A stretch of DNA of 39,882 bases from a virus: the IMG/VR virus record IMGVR_UViG_3300035698_014481, positions 1-39,882 of that record; one strand, 5' to 3'. Below are positions 1 to 7,805 of the stretch, piece by piece; positions within the stretch are counted from its first letter, which is position 1; every line of letters begins with the position of its first letter. The notes under the pieces are model-generated. The model was not told the DNA's origin. It made no database searches and saw only the letters and a program-made list of their open reading frames with translations. A program made the translations under genes and the position numbers.

Positions 1-127
1 CCAAAGGCTTGTGCATTGTTCTTTGTGGATGAGCAGAAGTATATTGAATACACATTCACCAAATTTGAAGTCATGCAGGTTGAGAAAGAAATCATTGAGT
101 ATGGTGACATTATAAAAAATATAACAC
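1..127. repeat. Terminal direct repeat copy A, identical to 39756-39882; assembly overlap of a circular or terminally redundant genome
   Basis: Read directly: ccaaaggcttgtgcattgttc...aaaaatataacac is present at both window ends, 127 of 127 bases identical. Confidence 0.95.
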
Positions 128-1632
128 TAGAGAACGCACCTAGGAAGCAAGAATACTGCTGGGCGTTTGGTACTCGGTGCGCTTACTACGACAAGTGCCA
201 TCAGCTGAATGAGACACTTAACATCACAATAGACATCCTTGGGAATACGTGCACGATAAACGGTGATGTAGTAGACCTGCTCAATCGTGGGATTAACAAA
301 GCTCTCTCATATGACATGAAGGATAAGTTCTATATGCAACAGAGGATCGTTAAGCAATACGGCGGTCTCAAGCCTAAGAACTATAACAGAATCGGAGTGA
401 AGTTCCTCTACAACATGGCCAAGAGACAATTTAATATCGGTCATTTTAAAAAGGTTAAAGAACTTATTGAGGCCTTTGCAGATTATAAGAAATTACAATG
501 CAACATCAAAATAGTTGATCATAGAAAGAAAATCGACAAGTTAGGCACCATGCCTGATAAACTTAAGACAGAGAATACATTAAGACCATATCAGATTGAT
601 GCTATTCAGAAATATATCGAATCAGATGGTCTTGGGTATCTTGAAGTAGCCACAGGCGGTGGCAAGACATTTATGACAGCTGAGATCATCAGACAACTTG
701 ATATTCCCACATTATGGATCGTGGATAAAAAAGAATTACTATTTCAGACCAAGGTGTGGTTTGAAGAGTACTTAGATATGGAAATTGGGCAGATCGGTGA
801 CGGTGTAAAGTCTCCAAGCACTGTTACTGTCGCCACTGTCCAAACCTTATCTAGGAATCTGAAAGAATTTGCGCCTTATCTTGCAACAGTAGGCTTAGTG
901 ATCGTAGACGAGTCACATCATGCAGCTGCTGCAACATACCAGAAAGTGTTTAGATTTCTTTCTAACGCGTGTTATCGCTTGGGTATAACTGGTACAGTTA
1001 AGCGAGATGATGGAAACGAGATGATCCTGGAGAGTCTGATTGGACCTGTGTTATATAGGATCCGTGCAGACGAACTTATCAAGCAGGGATACCTTGAAAA
1101 ACCTGAAATTATTTTTATTAACATGCCTGATTATGATATTGATAACGACGACTTACCATATCCCGAAGTGTATCATGAATACGTTGTAGATAATCATGTC
1201 CGAAATGAGATTATTTGCCAGAATATACACGGACGAACGTTGGTTCTTACAGGACGAATCGAGCACGGTGAAATGCTTGCTGAAAAGATTAAGGCTCCTT
1301 TTATCCATGGATCTTTAGATTCTAGGAAGAGAAAGAAAATCATGCAAGACTTTCGAGATGGGACAGAGGAGGTGCTTATAGGCACCATGCAGATTTTTTC
1401 AGAAGGGATAGACATCCCTGAGATGGACACGATCATAAACGCCTGTGCAAATAAGGGTGAGGTACGATCTATTCAGACCCTCGGCCGTGTACTGCGTAAA
1501 TCAAGTGCTAAGAAGTCATGCAGATATGTAGATTTTATTGACAATGTGAAGTATCTTCACGAGGCCTCCCTGGCCAGGATGAAAACATTCAAAGATCAAG
1601 GTCACGATGTGACTGTAAAGAAAGAATCCTGA
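1..1632 (+). CDS. Cas4-like PD-(D/E)XK nuclease / SF2 DEXH helicase fusion, 3' portion (continues from 39285-39755 across the circular junction; about 700 aa in total)
   Basis: The frame of track ORF 16..1632 is open back to base 1 and is in phase with the ORF opening at ATG 39285 once the 127-bp overlap is collapsed. Cys cluster CWAFGTRCAYYDKC. Helicase motifs ATGGGKT (Walker A), VDESHH (DEXH), GITGT, QTLGRVLR (motif VI). Confidence 0.85.
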   Translation, partial: PKACALFFVDEQKYIEYTFTKFEVMQVEKEIIEYGDIIKNITLENAPRKQEYCWAFGTRCAYYDKCHQLNETLNITIDILGNTCTINGDVVDLLNRGINKALSYDMKDKFYMQQRIVKQYGGLKPKNYNRIGVKFLYNMAKRQFNIGHFKKVKELIEAFADYKKLQCNIKIVDHRKKIDKLGTMPDKLKTENTLRPYQIDAIQKYIESDGLGYLEVATGGGKTFMTAEIIRQLDIPTLWIVDKKELLFQTKVWFEEYLDMEIGQIGDGVKSPSTVTVATVQTLSRNLKEFAPYLATVGLVIVDESHHAAAATYQKVFRFLSNACYRLGITGTVKRDDGNEMILESLIGPVLYRIRADELIKQGYLEKPEIIFINMPDYDIDNDDLPYPEVYHEYVVDNHVRNEIICQNIHGRTLVLTGRIEHGEMLAEKIKAPFIHGSLDSRKRKKIMQDFRDGTEEVLIGTMQIFSEGIDIPEMDTIINACANKGEVRSIQTLGRVLRKSSAKKSCRYVDFIDNVKYLHEASLARMKTFKDQGHDVTVKKES

Positions 1633-1633
1633 A

Positions 1634-1675
1634 AATAGAAACATTTATATATTGGTTGTACTATTAATTTAATAG
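1634..1675 (+). promoter_or_regulatory. Archaeal-type BRE/TATA promoter plus palindromic operator (site S1)
   Basis: AATAGAAACATTTATATA (TTTATATA at 1644-1651), 9-nt spacer, then palindrome CTATTAATTTAATAG (1661-1675). Lies in the 53-nt gap between the helicase stop and the next ORF. The same composite element occurs at 37956-37997 and, inverted, at 35356-35398. Confidence 0.6.
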
Positions 1676-1703
1676 ATTAACGCATATGAGGTGCACAGAA
1701 CAA

Positions 1704-1958
1704 ATGGAAACAAACAAAATTTGGAAAAAATTGATCGCGGAATTGCTAGACAAGGATATAGAATTTAATTTGGTGAACAATATACTATCATTTAAGGGTT
1801 TGCCTGAAGATTGTAAAGGATTGTGGCTATGGTTTGGAAATATTCATATAATAGAAGAGAATGATACAATTGCTGGAGATATGCTAATTTTGGAAGATTA
1901 CGAGTTTGATGAAAATAACGAACTCATTGTTTTCACGCGTGGATGTGATGCACAATGA
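1704..1958 (+). CDS. Hypothetical protein (track ORF opens at ATG 1686)
   Basis: Open frame. GAGGTG at 1688-1693 lies 10 nt before ATG 1704, so 1704 is preferred over 1686. No recognisable motif. Confidence 0.5.
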   Translation: METNKIWKKLIAELLDKDIEFNLVNNILSFKGLPEDCKGLWLWFGNIHIIEENDTIAGDMLILEDYEFDENNELIVFTRGCDAQ

Positions 1959-2113
1959 ACGCCGAAGCAATTGTTTTATGTGAGCAGTGCGGTTATGAGA
2001 TGACCCCTGAATGTGATGAAGACTCAGGTGTGCGTGAAGAGATCTGGCACTGCTTAAAATGTAGATATTGGTGTGGAAGAAATACAGATGTTTTGTCAGG
2101 TGAGCACAAATGA
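1955..2113 (+). CDS. Small zinc-ribbon protein (52 aa), below the ORF-track size cut-off
   Basis: Own translation MNAEAIVLCEQCGYEMTPECDEDSGVREEIWHCLKCRYWCGRNTDVLSGEHK with two CxxC pairs. Its ATG overlaps the upstream stop (ATGA) and its stop overlaps the next ATG. Confidence 0.5.
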   Translation: MNAEAIVLCEQCGYEMTPECDEDSGVREEIWHCLKCRYWCGRNTDVLSGEHK

Positions 2114-2217
2114 GCTACCCTTGTATGTTTGAAGGAAAATGTAACATAGAGTGCTCAAGATACCTTGATGATTGTGATGGAATAGCAGAAGATTTAGAGG
2201 ATGTTCAAAATGACTAA
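2110..2217 (+). CDS. Tiny Cys-rich ORF (35 aa)
   Basis: Own translation MSYPCMFEGKCNIECSRYLDDCDGIAEDLEDVQND. ATGA overlap with the upstream ORF. Speculative because of its size. Confidence 0.3.
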   Translation: MSYPCMFEGKCNIECSRYLDDCDGIAEDLEDVQND

Positions 2218-2389
2218 TTTCGAAGAGTGTTGCTATTGGAATCAGCATACGTATGGAAGTGCGTATGTTGTTTCAAAGTATGTTATTGGTGGAGTGCTGT
2301 CTGCTCTCTGTCTTGCAACTCCTGGAACCAATTGGCTGATACCATTCATTTGGAAGAAAGTAAAATCAATCGTGATACGCTATGATTAA
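2201..2389 (+). CDS. Small putative membrane protein (62 aa)
   Basis: Track ORF with hydrophobic stretch VIGGVLSALCLATPGTNWLIPFIW, co-directional and tightly packed with its neighbours. Confidence 0.4.
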   Translation: MFKMTNFEECCYWNQHTYGSAYVVSKYVIGGVLSALCLATPGTNWLIPFIWKKVKSIVIRYD

Positions 2390-2552
2390 GATGCAAATAC
2401 GAACATGGATCATGAAGCTGATGTGGTATGCCGAGACTGGTCGCGGTAAGATCATAAATCGTGTACTTGTCACAAATGGAAAGATATGTCCAGACTGTGG
2501 ATACACAAAAGGTGGTAGTGACCCTGAAAAAATAATAGGTGGAGAAGAATGA
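2382..2552 (+). CDS. Small ORF (56 aa) with one CxxC motif
   Basis: Own translation MIKMQIRTWIMKLMWYAETGRGKIINRVLVTNGKICPDCGYTKGGSDPEKIIGGEE. Its stop overlaps ATG 2549 (ATGA). Confidence 0.4.
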   Translation: MIKMQIRTWIMKLMWYAETGRGKIINRVLVTNGKICPDCGYTKGGSDPEKIIGGEE

Positions 2553-2560
2553 GGTTAAAA

Positions 2561-2926
2561 ATGGAAAATGAATTAAGTATAAATGGAAAACAATATGTAT
2601 TAAAATCAACTTTAAACACAAAAAGGGAATCAATAAGTGCTAAAAAGTTTGTAATGGTAAGAACTTATTCAGCGGGTGTATTTGCAGGTTATTTAAAAAA
2701 GAGAGTATCAAAAGAAGTAACACTCCTTGATGCTATTAGAATATGGGAATGGGAAGGAGCATTTACATTAAGTCAATTAGCAATGGAAGGAACAACTAAG
2801 CCAAGTGATTGCAAATTTGCGATAAAAGTAGACGAGGTTTTATTATTAGAAGCAATAGAAATAATACCAATTACAGAGGTAGCCAAAAAAAGCATTTTAT
2901 CTGTAAGTAGTGTTCAAAATGAATAA
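2561..2926 (+). CDS. Hypothetical protein (121 aa from ATG 2561; track ORF opens at 2549)
   Basis: GAGGT at 2551-2555 lies 5 nt before ATG 2561. Open frame. No motif I can name with confidence. Confidence 0.6.
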   Translation: MENELSINGKQYVLKSTLNTKRESISAKKFVMVRTYSAGVFAGYLKKRVSKEVTLLDAIRIWEWEGAFTLSQLAMEGTTKPSDCKFAIKVDEVLLLEAIEIIPITEVAKKSILSVSSVQNE

Positions 2927-3002
2927 AATTAGCTCTGGCTATGGCGATGGCGATGGCTCTGGCGATGGCAATGGCTCTGGCTCTGGCGATGGCGATGGCT
3001 AA
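2919..3002 (+). CDS. 27-aa Gly/Asp/Ser repeat mini-ORF
   Basis: Own translation MNKISSGYGDGDGSGDGNGSGSGDGDG. The ATG sits 5 nt before the upstream stop, and the ORF ends 24 nt before the methyltransferase ATG. Coding status is uncertain. Confidence 0.3.
   Translation: MNKISSGYGDGDGSGDGNGSGSGDGDG
2934..2999. repeat. Hexanucleotide microsatellite, 11 tandem NNNGGC units
   Basis: TCTGGC TATGGC GATGGC GATGGC TCTGGC GATGGC AATGGC TCTGGC TCTGGC GATGGC GATGGC read directly. Confidence 0.9.
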
Positions 3003-3026
3003 TGACAAAAATAGAGACGGTGAAAA

Positions 3027-3638
3027 ATGAATAGAAAAGAAGACCTATTGAAAAAGTACTGCAAAGGGAAGACAGTCCTGGATGTAGGATGTGCAGGTGG
3101 TCCCAATCCTCCTATCGGATTTATGCATGAGAAGATAGCAAGTGTTGCAATGTCGTGTATAGGAATTGATGCTGATCCTATAAAAATTCAACAAATGGCT
3201 AATATGTGTTTTGATGTTCATTGTGCTAATGCAGAAGATTTCCGAGTTAAAAACCAATCATTCGATATTGTTATAGCAACCGAACTGATTGAACATCTCA
3301 ACAATGTCTCTGATTTCTTATATTGTGCTAGGAGACACATGGGAAAAGACACATTATTAATCATAAGCACACCTAATCTGTATGCATTCAACCCAATTAA
3401 ACAACACATCCTTGGATATGATAAACATAGAGATAATTATCTCGATAACCACAGTGTTGTGTTTACTCCATCAACAATGGGAGAAATATTGCGAAGACAT
3501 GATCTAATTATACGAGAGTTGTATTACACATGTGAAGCAACGAACCTGAGAGGAAAAATATTCTCCTGGTTAATACCAGACATATTCCATGACAGTATGC
3601 TATTCATAATCAAGAGGAAGGAAGCCAATGATGCATGA
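3027..3638 (+). CDS. Class I SAM-dependent methyltransferase (small-molecule/protein type; no DNA-MTase motifs seen)
   Basis: Motif I VLDVGCAGGP, post-I/II region FDIVIATELIEHL, LLIISTPN. GGTGA precedes the ATG. Confidence 0.8.
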   Translation: MNRKEDLLKKYCKGKTVLDVGCAGGPNPPIGFMHEKIASVAMSCIGIDADPIKIQQMANMCFDVHCANAEDFRVKNQSFDIVIATELIEHLNNVSDFLYCARRHMGKDTLLIISTPNLYAFNPIKQHILGYDKHRDNYLDNHSVVFTPSTMGEILRRHDLIIRELYYTCEATNLRGKIFSWLIPDIFHDSMLFIIKRKEANDA

Positions 3639-3795
3639 AAAAGATTTTCAACCATGTATATGGCTGAATCAGACTGAGACAGAAAAGATTATGTACTGGC
3701 TCTCAAAATACAATGGAACAAGAGATGTAAAGGATATCCTAATTAAATTACAAACAAAGATAGATCGCGCAAAAAGCAATGGAGACTGGAAATGA
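3628..3795 (+). CDS. Hypothetical protein (55 aa), below the track cut-off
   Basis: Own translation MMHEKDFQPCIWLNQTETEKIMYWLSKYNGTRDVKDILIKLQTKIDRAKSNGDWK. Overlaps the upstream stop, and its stop overlaps the polymerase ATG (ATGA). Confidence 0.45.
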   Translation: MMHEKDFQPCIWLNQTETEKIMYWLSKYNGTRDVKDILIKLQTKIDRAKSNGDWK

Positions 3796-6053
3796 GAGAA
3801 ATAAAATTCAGAGGACAAAGAACCGACACTAAGGAATGGGTGTATGGATATTTATTTATTGATGAAGATCAACATTATATAATAAGCTCCCCAGAAGTTA
3901 TTTCTGGTGATTGGATAAGTAGTGGAGAGTCGACATTTGATGAGAATTTTGGAGGTCTTATTCTAGTCATCCCAGAATCAGTTGGGCAATACATCGGTTT
4001 AAAGGATAAGAATGGTGTAGAGATTTATGAGGGTGATGTTGTTAAAACAGATGACAAAGAAAACAATATCAGAACAATAATATTTGCACAAGGAGCCTTT
4101 ATTGCAGCAATACACTACAGCGCATTAGAAATAATAAACCAGATGAAGTCAAAATGCCTTATTTTTGATATCGAAACATGTGCGATAAGAGAAGATGGGA
4201 CACGAGTCGATATCAGAAAGGAGTTTGATGAGTATGTTGAGATAGCACAAATAAAATGGATTGGGTTCTATTCATATCTTACAGGAAAACACTATGAGAT
4301 TCCAGTTAAAGGCAATCACGGAATGAATCACGAAATAATCAAAGCATTTATAGCAAAACATGATACCTTGATTGGCTTCAACAATGAGAGATTTGATACA
4401 GTTATTTGTGGGAACAATGGTCTCTTTACAAACCGAAGGTTCATGCAAATTGATATTCAAGTTATACTAGGAAACAATAAATTTATGGGTCACAAACGCC
4501 GGCACAACGAAATGGACATAACACTTCAGGCAATAAACATAGATGGCAAACATTATGGTCCTAATTCGTTGCAAGGAATGGCTCACGCATTCGGATTACC
4601 TACTACTAAAGGAGATATTAACTACGAAATCTTTGAGAAAGATGAGTGGTCAAACGAAGAGATTGAGGAGATCAAAAAGTATCTCCGCGCAGACGTTGAA
4701 GTCACTCGTCTACTATTCGAGAAGTTATTCTATTTTTGGAAGATCTTCACAAAGTGGTTGTATGTTGAACATATTAAAGATTGGTCATGGATTAAATCAA
4801 GTATAGCATCACTTACGTATAAGGCAGCATGCAAAGTTATGCAGGTTGAACCGACATATGGTGAACCAACAGATGATCATGAAGAAATGGGTGGACGTGC
4901 GATTGAACCAGATCAAGAGGAAGTACAAAATCTCTGGTATGTAGATGAGACGGCTAAATATCCTCACATCTTTGCTGAGTTTGGATTGTTTAGTGAAATT
5001 GATGTTTCAGCATGGTCTGAAGATGAATTAAATAACGAATTAAAACTTGGTCATGTCTTTCACGGCAACAAGACATTTAAGACAAAAGGATACTATGATA
5101 TTTATAAACAATCAGCTCTTGCAATGGATGTAGTTGATAAGATAGCGACGCGTATCTATCTCAAGAAAGAAGATCCAACTAACCCACAGCAACACGCAAT
5201 CAAGATCTTTTTAAACTCATTGTATGGTGCAGTACGATCACCTATCTTTGCTCAAATACACAGCCCAAACGCGGGATATGACTGTTGTTGGTTAGGTCAA
5301 CAAATCCACGAGTATATTGAAAAAGGTTTCAAGAAGCGTGGATACGCAAGCAAAGGTGGATTTACCGACTCGTGGTTCATCAAAGCTAAGCCAGATGACA
5401 CATCAGAGCACATAGAGAGCATCTGTGAAGAGATTATGAATGAATTGCGTGCAGATATGCCCTTTCCAGTATCAACACATAGGATCGCGATAGATTGCTT
5501 CATGGAGTATGTTATGTTCCATTATGATCCAAAGCTTGAGAGATATAAAAAGAATAATTACTTGTTTATCAAGAAAGAAGCTGATGAACTAATTGTCAAG
5601 GTTGTGGGTTTTCCAATTAAGAAATCAAATGCAACTAAGCTTGGGAAGTTAATCTATTTAAAATACTTAGAACCGATGATTAAGCATGATATGAAAGCTA
5701 AATTTGATCCTAATAGTCTAGTTGGCTTTGTTGATACTGAAATGACTGTTGAAGACATGATGGTGAGATATGACTGCAAACCAAAAGAGGCCTATAAGCC
5801 TCAGAAGGATGGTACAGAGTCTACCAACATATATGCCCAGGTGAGCAGAGAATACACAGATGGGCTAGGTGGTGTTGTCTATCTAGTCAAAAATAAAAAG
5901 ATTGGTAAGTGTGGAAAGAGTTGGAAATATTGTACGATAGAAGAAGCAACAGAACATGATCTGACAATACAGGACCTAGATCGATCCAAGATTTATAATG
6001 AACTAGCACCATTTGCAATTGGTGGCAAAGTCAAGAAGGTGAAGAAGAAATGA
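3792..6053 (+). CDS. polB: Family B DNA polymerase with N-terminal YopX-like domain
   Basis: N-terminus MREIKFRGQ...WVYGY...QYIGLKDKNGVEIYEGDVV (YopX pattern). Exo I LIFDIET, Exo II IGFNNERFD, Exo III YLRADVEV. Pre-motif A GGRAIEP, motif A YVDETAKYP, motif B KIFLNSLYG, motif C GGFTDS. Confidence 0.85.
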   Translation: MREIKFRGQRTDTKEWVYGYLFIDEDQHYIISSPEVISGDWISSGESTFDENFGGLILVIPESVGQYIGLKDKNGVEIYEGDVVKTDDKENNIRTIIFAQGAFIAAIHYSALEIINQMKSKCLIFDIETCAIREDGTRVDIRKEFDEYVEIAQIKWIGFYSYLTGKHYEIPVKGNHGMNHEIIKAFIAKHDTLIGFNNERFDTVICGNNGLFTNRRFMQIDIQVILGNNKFMGHKRRHNEMDITLQAINIDGKHYGPNSLQGMAHAFGLPTTKGDINYEIFEKDEWSNEEIEEIKKYLRADVEVTRLLFEKLFYFWKIFTKWLYVEHIKDWSWIKSSIASLTYKAACKVMQVEPTYGEPTDDHEEMGGRAIEPDQEEVQNLWYVDETAKYPHIFAEFGLFSEIDVSAWSEDELNNELKLGHVFHGNKTFKTKGYYDIYKQSALAMDVVDKIATRIYLKKEDPTNPQQHAIKIFLNSLYGAVRSPIFAQIHSPNAGYDCCWLGQQIHEYIEKGFKKRGYASKGGFTDSWFIKAKPDDTSEHIESICEEIMNELRADMPFPVSTHRIAIDCFMEYVMFHYDPKLERYKKNNYLFIKKEADELIVKVVGFPIKKSNATKLGKLIYLKYLEPMIKHDMKAKFDPNSLVGFVDTEMTVEDMMVRYDCKPKEAYKPQKDGTESTNIYAQVSREYTDGLGGVVYLVKNKKIGKCGKSWKYCTIEEATEHDLTIQDLDRSKIYNELAPFAIGGKVKKVKKK

Positions 6054-6277
6054 CATTTAAAGAAGATTTCCCAAGTTTAAAAGATAGGAAGATATGTACT
6101 CTTGATGGTATAACAAAATTTGATATGATACCTACAAAAAATGTTATCAAAAACACTAGAGATATTAAGAAGATAAGGGAAGTTGTTACAGCTTATTTAT
6201 GTAAATATGCTTGTAGAAAAGATCCACAGATTAAAAAATATCGAGATGGAATACTCGAGGAGTTGAAAATACAATGA
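6050..6277 (+). CDS. Hypothetical protein
   Basis: Track ORF with ATGA overlap to the polymerase stop; no motif recognised. Confidence 0.5.
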   Translation: MTFKEDFPSLKDRKICTLDGITKFDMIPTKNVIKNTRDIKKIREVVTAYLCKYACRKDPQIKKYRDGILEELKIQ

Positions 6278-6411
6278 GCAAAATCTACAAATGTCAACAA
6301 TGCGAGCACATCTCTGAGACACTATACAACATGAACTGTGAGAAGTGTGGGAATAGTCATATCACTACTGGGAACAAGATAGATGGGGTGATTACATGGC
6401 AAACAGATTAG
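6274..6411 (+). CDS. Small zinc-ribbon protein (45 aa), below the track cut-off
   Basis: Own translation MSKIYKCQQCEHISETLYNMNCEKCGNSHITTGNKIDGVITWQTD with CxxC...CxxC. ATGA overlap with the upstream stop. Confidence 0.5.
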   Translation: MSKIYKCQQCEHISETLYNMNCEKCGNSHITTGNKIDGVITWQTD

Positions 6412-6857
6412 AAAACCATTTCAAATCAATCATGAAAACAAGTTTTCCACATTGTTATTTCAGAAAATTAGTTGTTCTTCCTGGTGTGTATAATAAAGCA
6501 CCTGCTGATTTTCTTTTATATGGGCGTCAATATCTCACCTTTATTGAATGTAAAGAGTGTGAAGGAACAAGCATCCCTCATTCAAAATTGACACAAGTTG
6601 CTCTTATGAGTAAGACTGCTAAAGAACATAATACAGTTTATTCTCATCAGATTGCTGGATATTTTCTTATACGGTTTTGGAAAGGTTCAAAAAAGAATTC
6701 AGCATACTATGTTATTAACGTTGGCGCTCTCAATACAATGATGGTTGAAGGTACAAAGAAATCATTTAACGAAGCAGATCTAGACACGTATAAATATACG
6801 TATGTGCAATTTTTAAAATTAATACAAGGGATGATAAATGGTTATGAAAACATTTAA
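6396..6857 (+). CDS. PD-(D/E)XK nuclease, possible Holliday-junction resolvase (Hjc/RecU-like)
   Basis: PADFLLYGRQYLTFIECKE fits D-x(n)-E-x-K. Sits between the polymerase and ligase in the replication/recombination module. Confidence 0.45.
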   Translation: MANRLENHFKSIMKTSFPHCYFRKLVVLPGVYNKAPADFLLYGRQYLTFIECKECEGTSIPHSKLTQVALMSKTAKEHNTVYSHQIAGYFLIRFWKGSKKNSAYYVINVGALNTMMVEGTKKSFNEADLDTYKYTYVQFLKLIQGMINGYENI

Positions 6858-7752
6858 ACCAATGCTAGCACCTAGCAAGAAAGTAGATTTGACAACGCTT
6901 CAGTTTCCTCTTCTTGCTTCATATAAACTCGATGGGATACGGTGTATCTTTAAGGATGGTGAGATGTTGAGTCGATCTTTCAAACAAATTCCAAACGTTC
7001 AGTTGCACAAAAAGATGAATGCTCTGAAAGTTACTGCAGCGCAGTCCAGTATCGTACTTGATGGTGAACTTTATTCACCAGACATGACATTCCAAGAAAT
7101 CACATCCGTTGTAATGTCAAAAGATAAAGAGGTCCCAGAATCTTTAAAATTTTTTATGTTTGATTCTGTGGGATTATTTGATCCTGATAGACCATTTATC
7201 TCAAGATATTCTTTGTCAAATGGAATTGCACAATCGATACCGTCATCGATTATCCAGTTAGTAGATCAAACATCTGTTGGATCTGCTGAAGAAGTCGAAA
7301 CGCTCTTCAAGCATGCTCTTAAATTTGGGTATGAAGGATTGATTCTGAAAGATCCTCTCGGTCGATACAAGTTTGGATGTGGGATTATTAAGGAAGGTCT
7401 TATCTACAAAGTCAAGCCATTTATAGAAAAGTCTGCAGTCATTAAGGGATTTGTTCAATCTACAGTTGTAGATCCAAGCGCTGAAAAGAAGATTGATGAA
7501 CTAGGAAATTCAGTTACTTCTAATAAGAAAGACGATCGAATTCCTATAAAAATGGCGGCGGCGTTTGTTGTAGATTGGAATGGGAAAAATCTCAGCGTAG
7601 TTATAGCTGATACGGAAGATAATAAAAAACTAATATGGACTAACCAGGAAAAGTACCTTGGATGCGAGATTAATTTCAAAGCAATGGATGTTGGCGCAAA
7701 AGATATCCCCAGGCATCCTGTGTTGACACGTATATGGTTAAAAGATGAATAA
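6838..7752 (+). CDS. ATP-dependent DNA ligase
   Basis: Motif I YKLDGIR, motif III VLDGELY, motif IIIa FFMFD, motif IV EGLILKD, motif V YKVKP. Confidence 0.9.
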   Translation: MVMKTFKPMLAPSKKVDLTTLQFPLLASYKLDGIRCIFKDGEMLSRSFKQIPNVQLHKKMNALKVTAAQSSIVLDGELYSPDMTFQEITSVVMSKDKEVPESLKFFMFDSVGLFDPDRPFISRYSLSNGIAQSIPSSIIQLVDQTSVGSAEEVETLFKHALKFGYEGLILKDPLGRYKFGCGIIKEGLIYKVKPFIEKSAVIKGFVQSTVVDPSAEKKIDELGNSVTSNKKDDRIPIKMAAAFVVDWNGKNLSVVIADTEDNKKLIWTNQEKYLGCEINFKAMDVGAKDIPRHPVLTRIWLKDE

Positions 7753-7805
7753 TGTGTGCTACACTACTTTAAAATAAAATGTCTCAGATTGACTCTATTT
7801 CAGTC

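Noticed and set aside
16-1632. Stand-alone 538-aa helicase gene starting at TTG 16
   Set aside because: The frame is open to base 1 and continues in phase from ATG 39285 across the 127-bp overlap. The first ~50 residues belong to the Cas4-like nuclease domain (Cys cluster), so the TTG start is an artefact.
2934-2999. Possible CRISPR array or regulatory tandem repeat
   Set aside because: The units are only 6 nt with no spacers. It is a simple microsatellite, reported as such.
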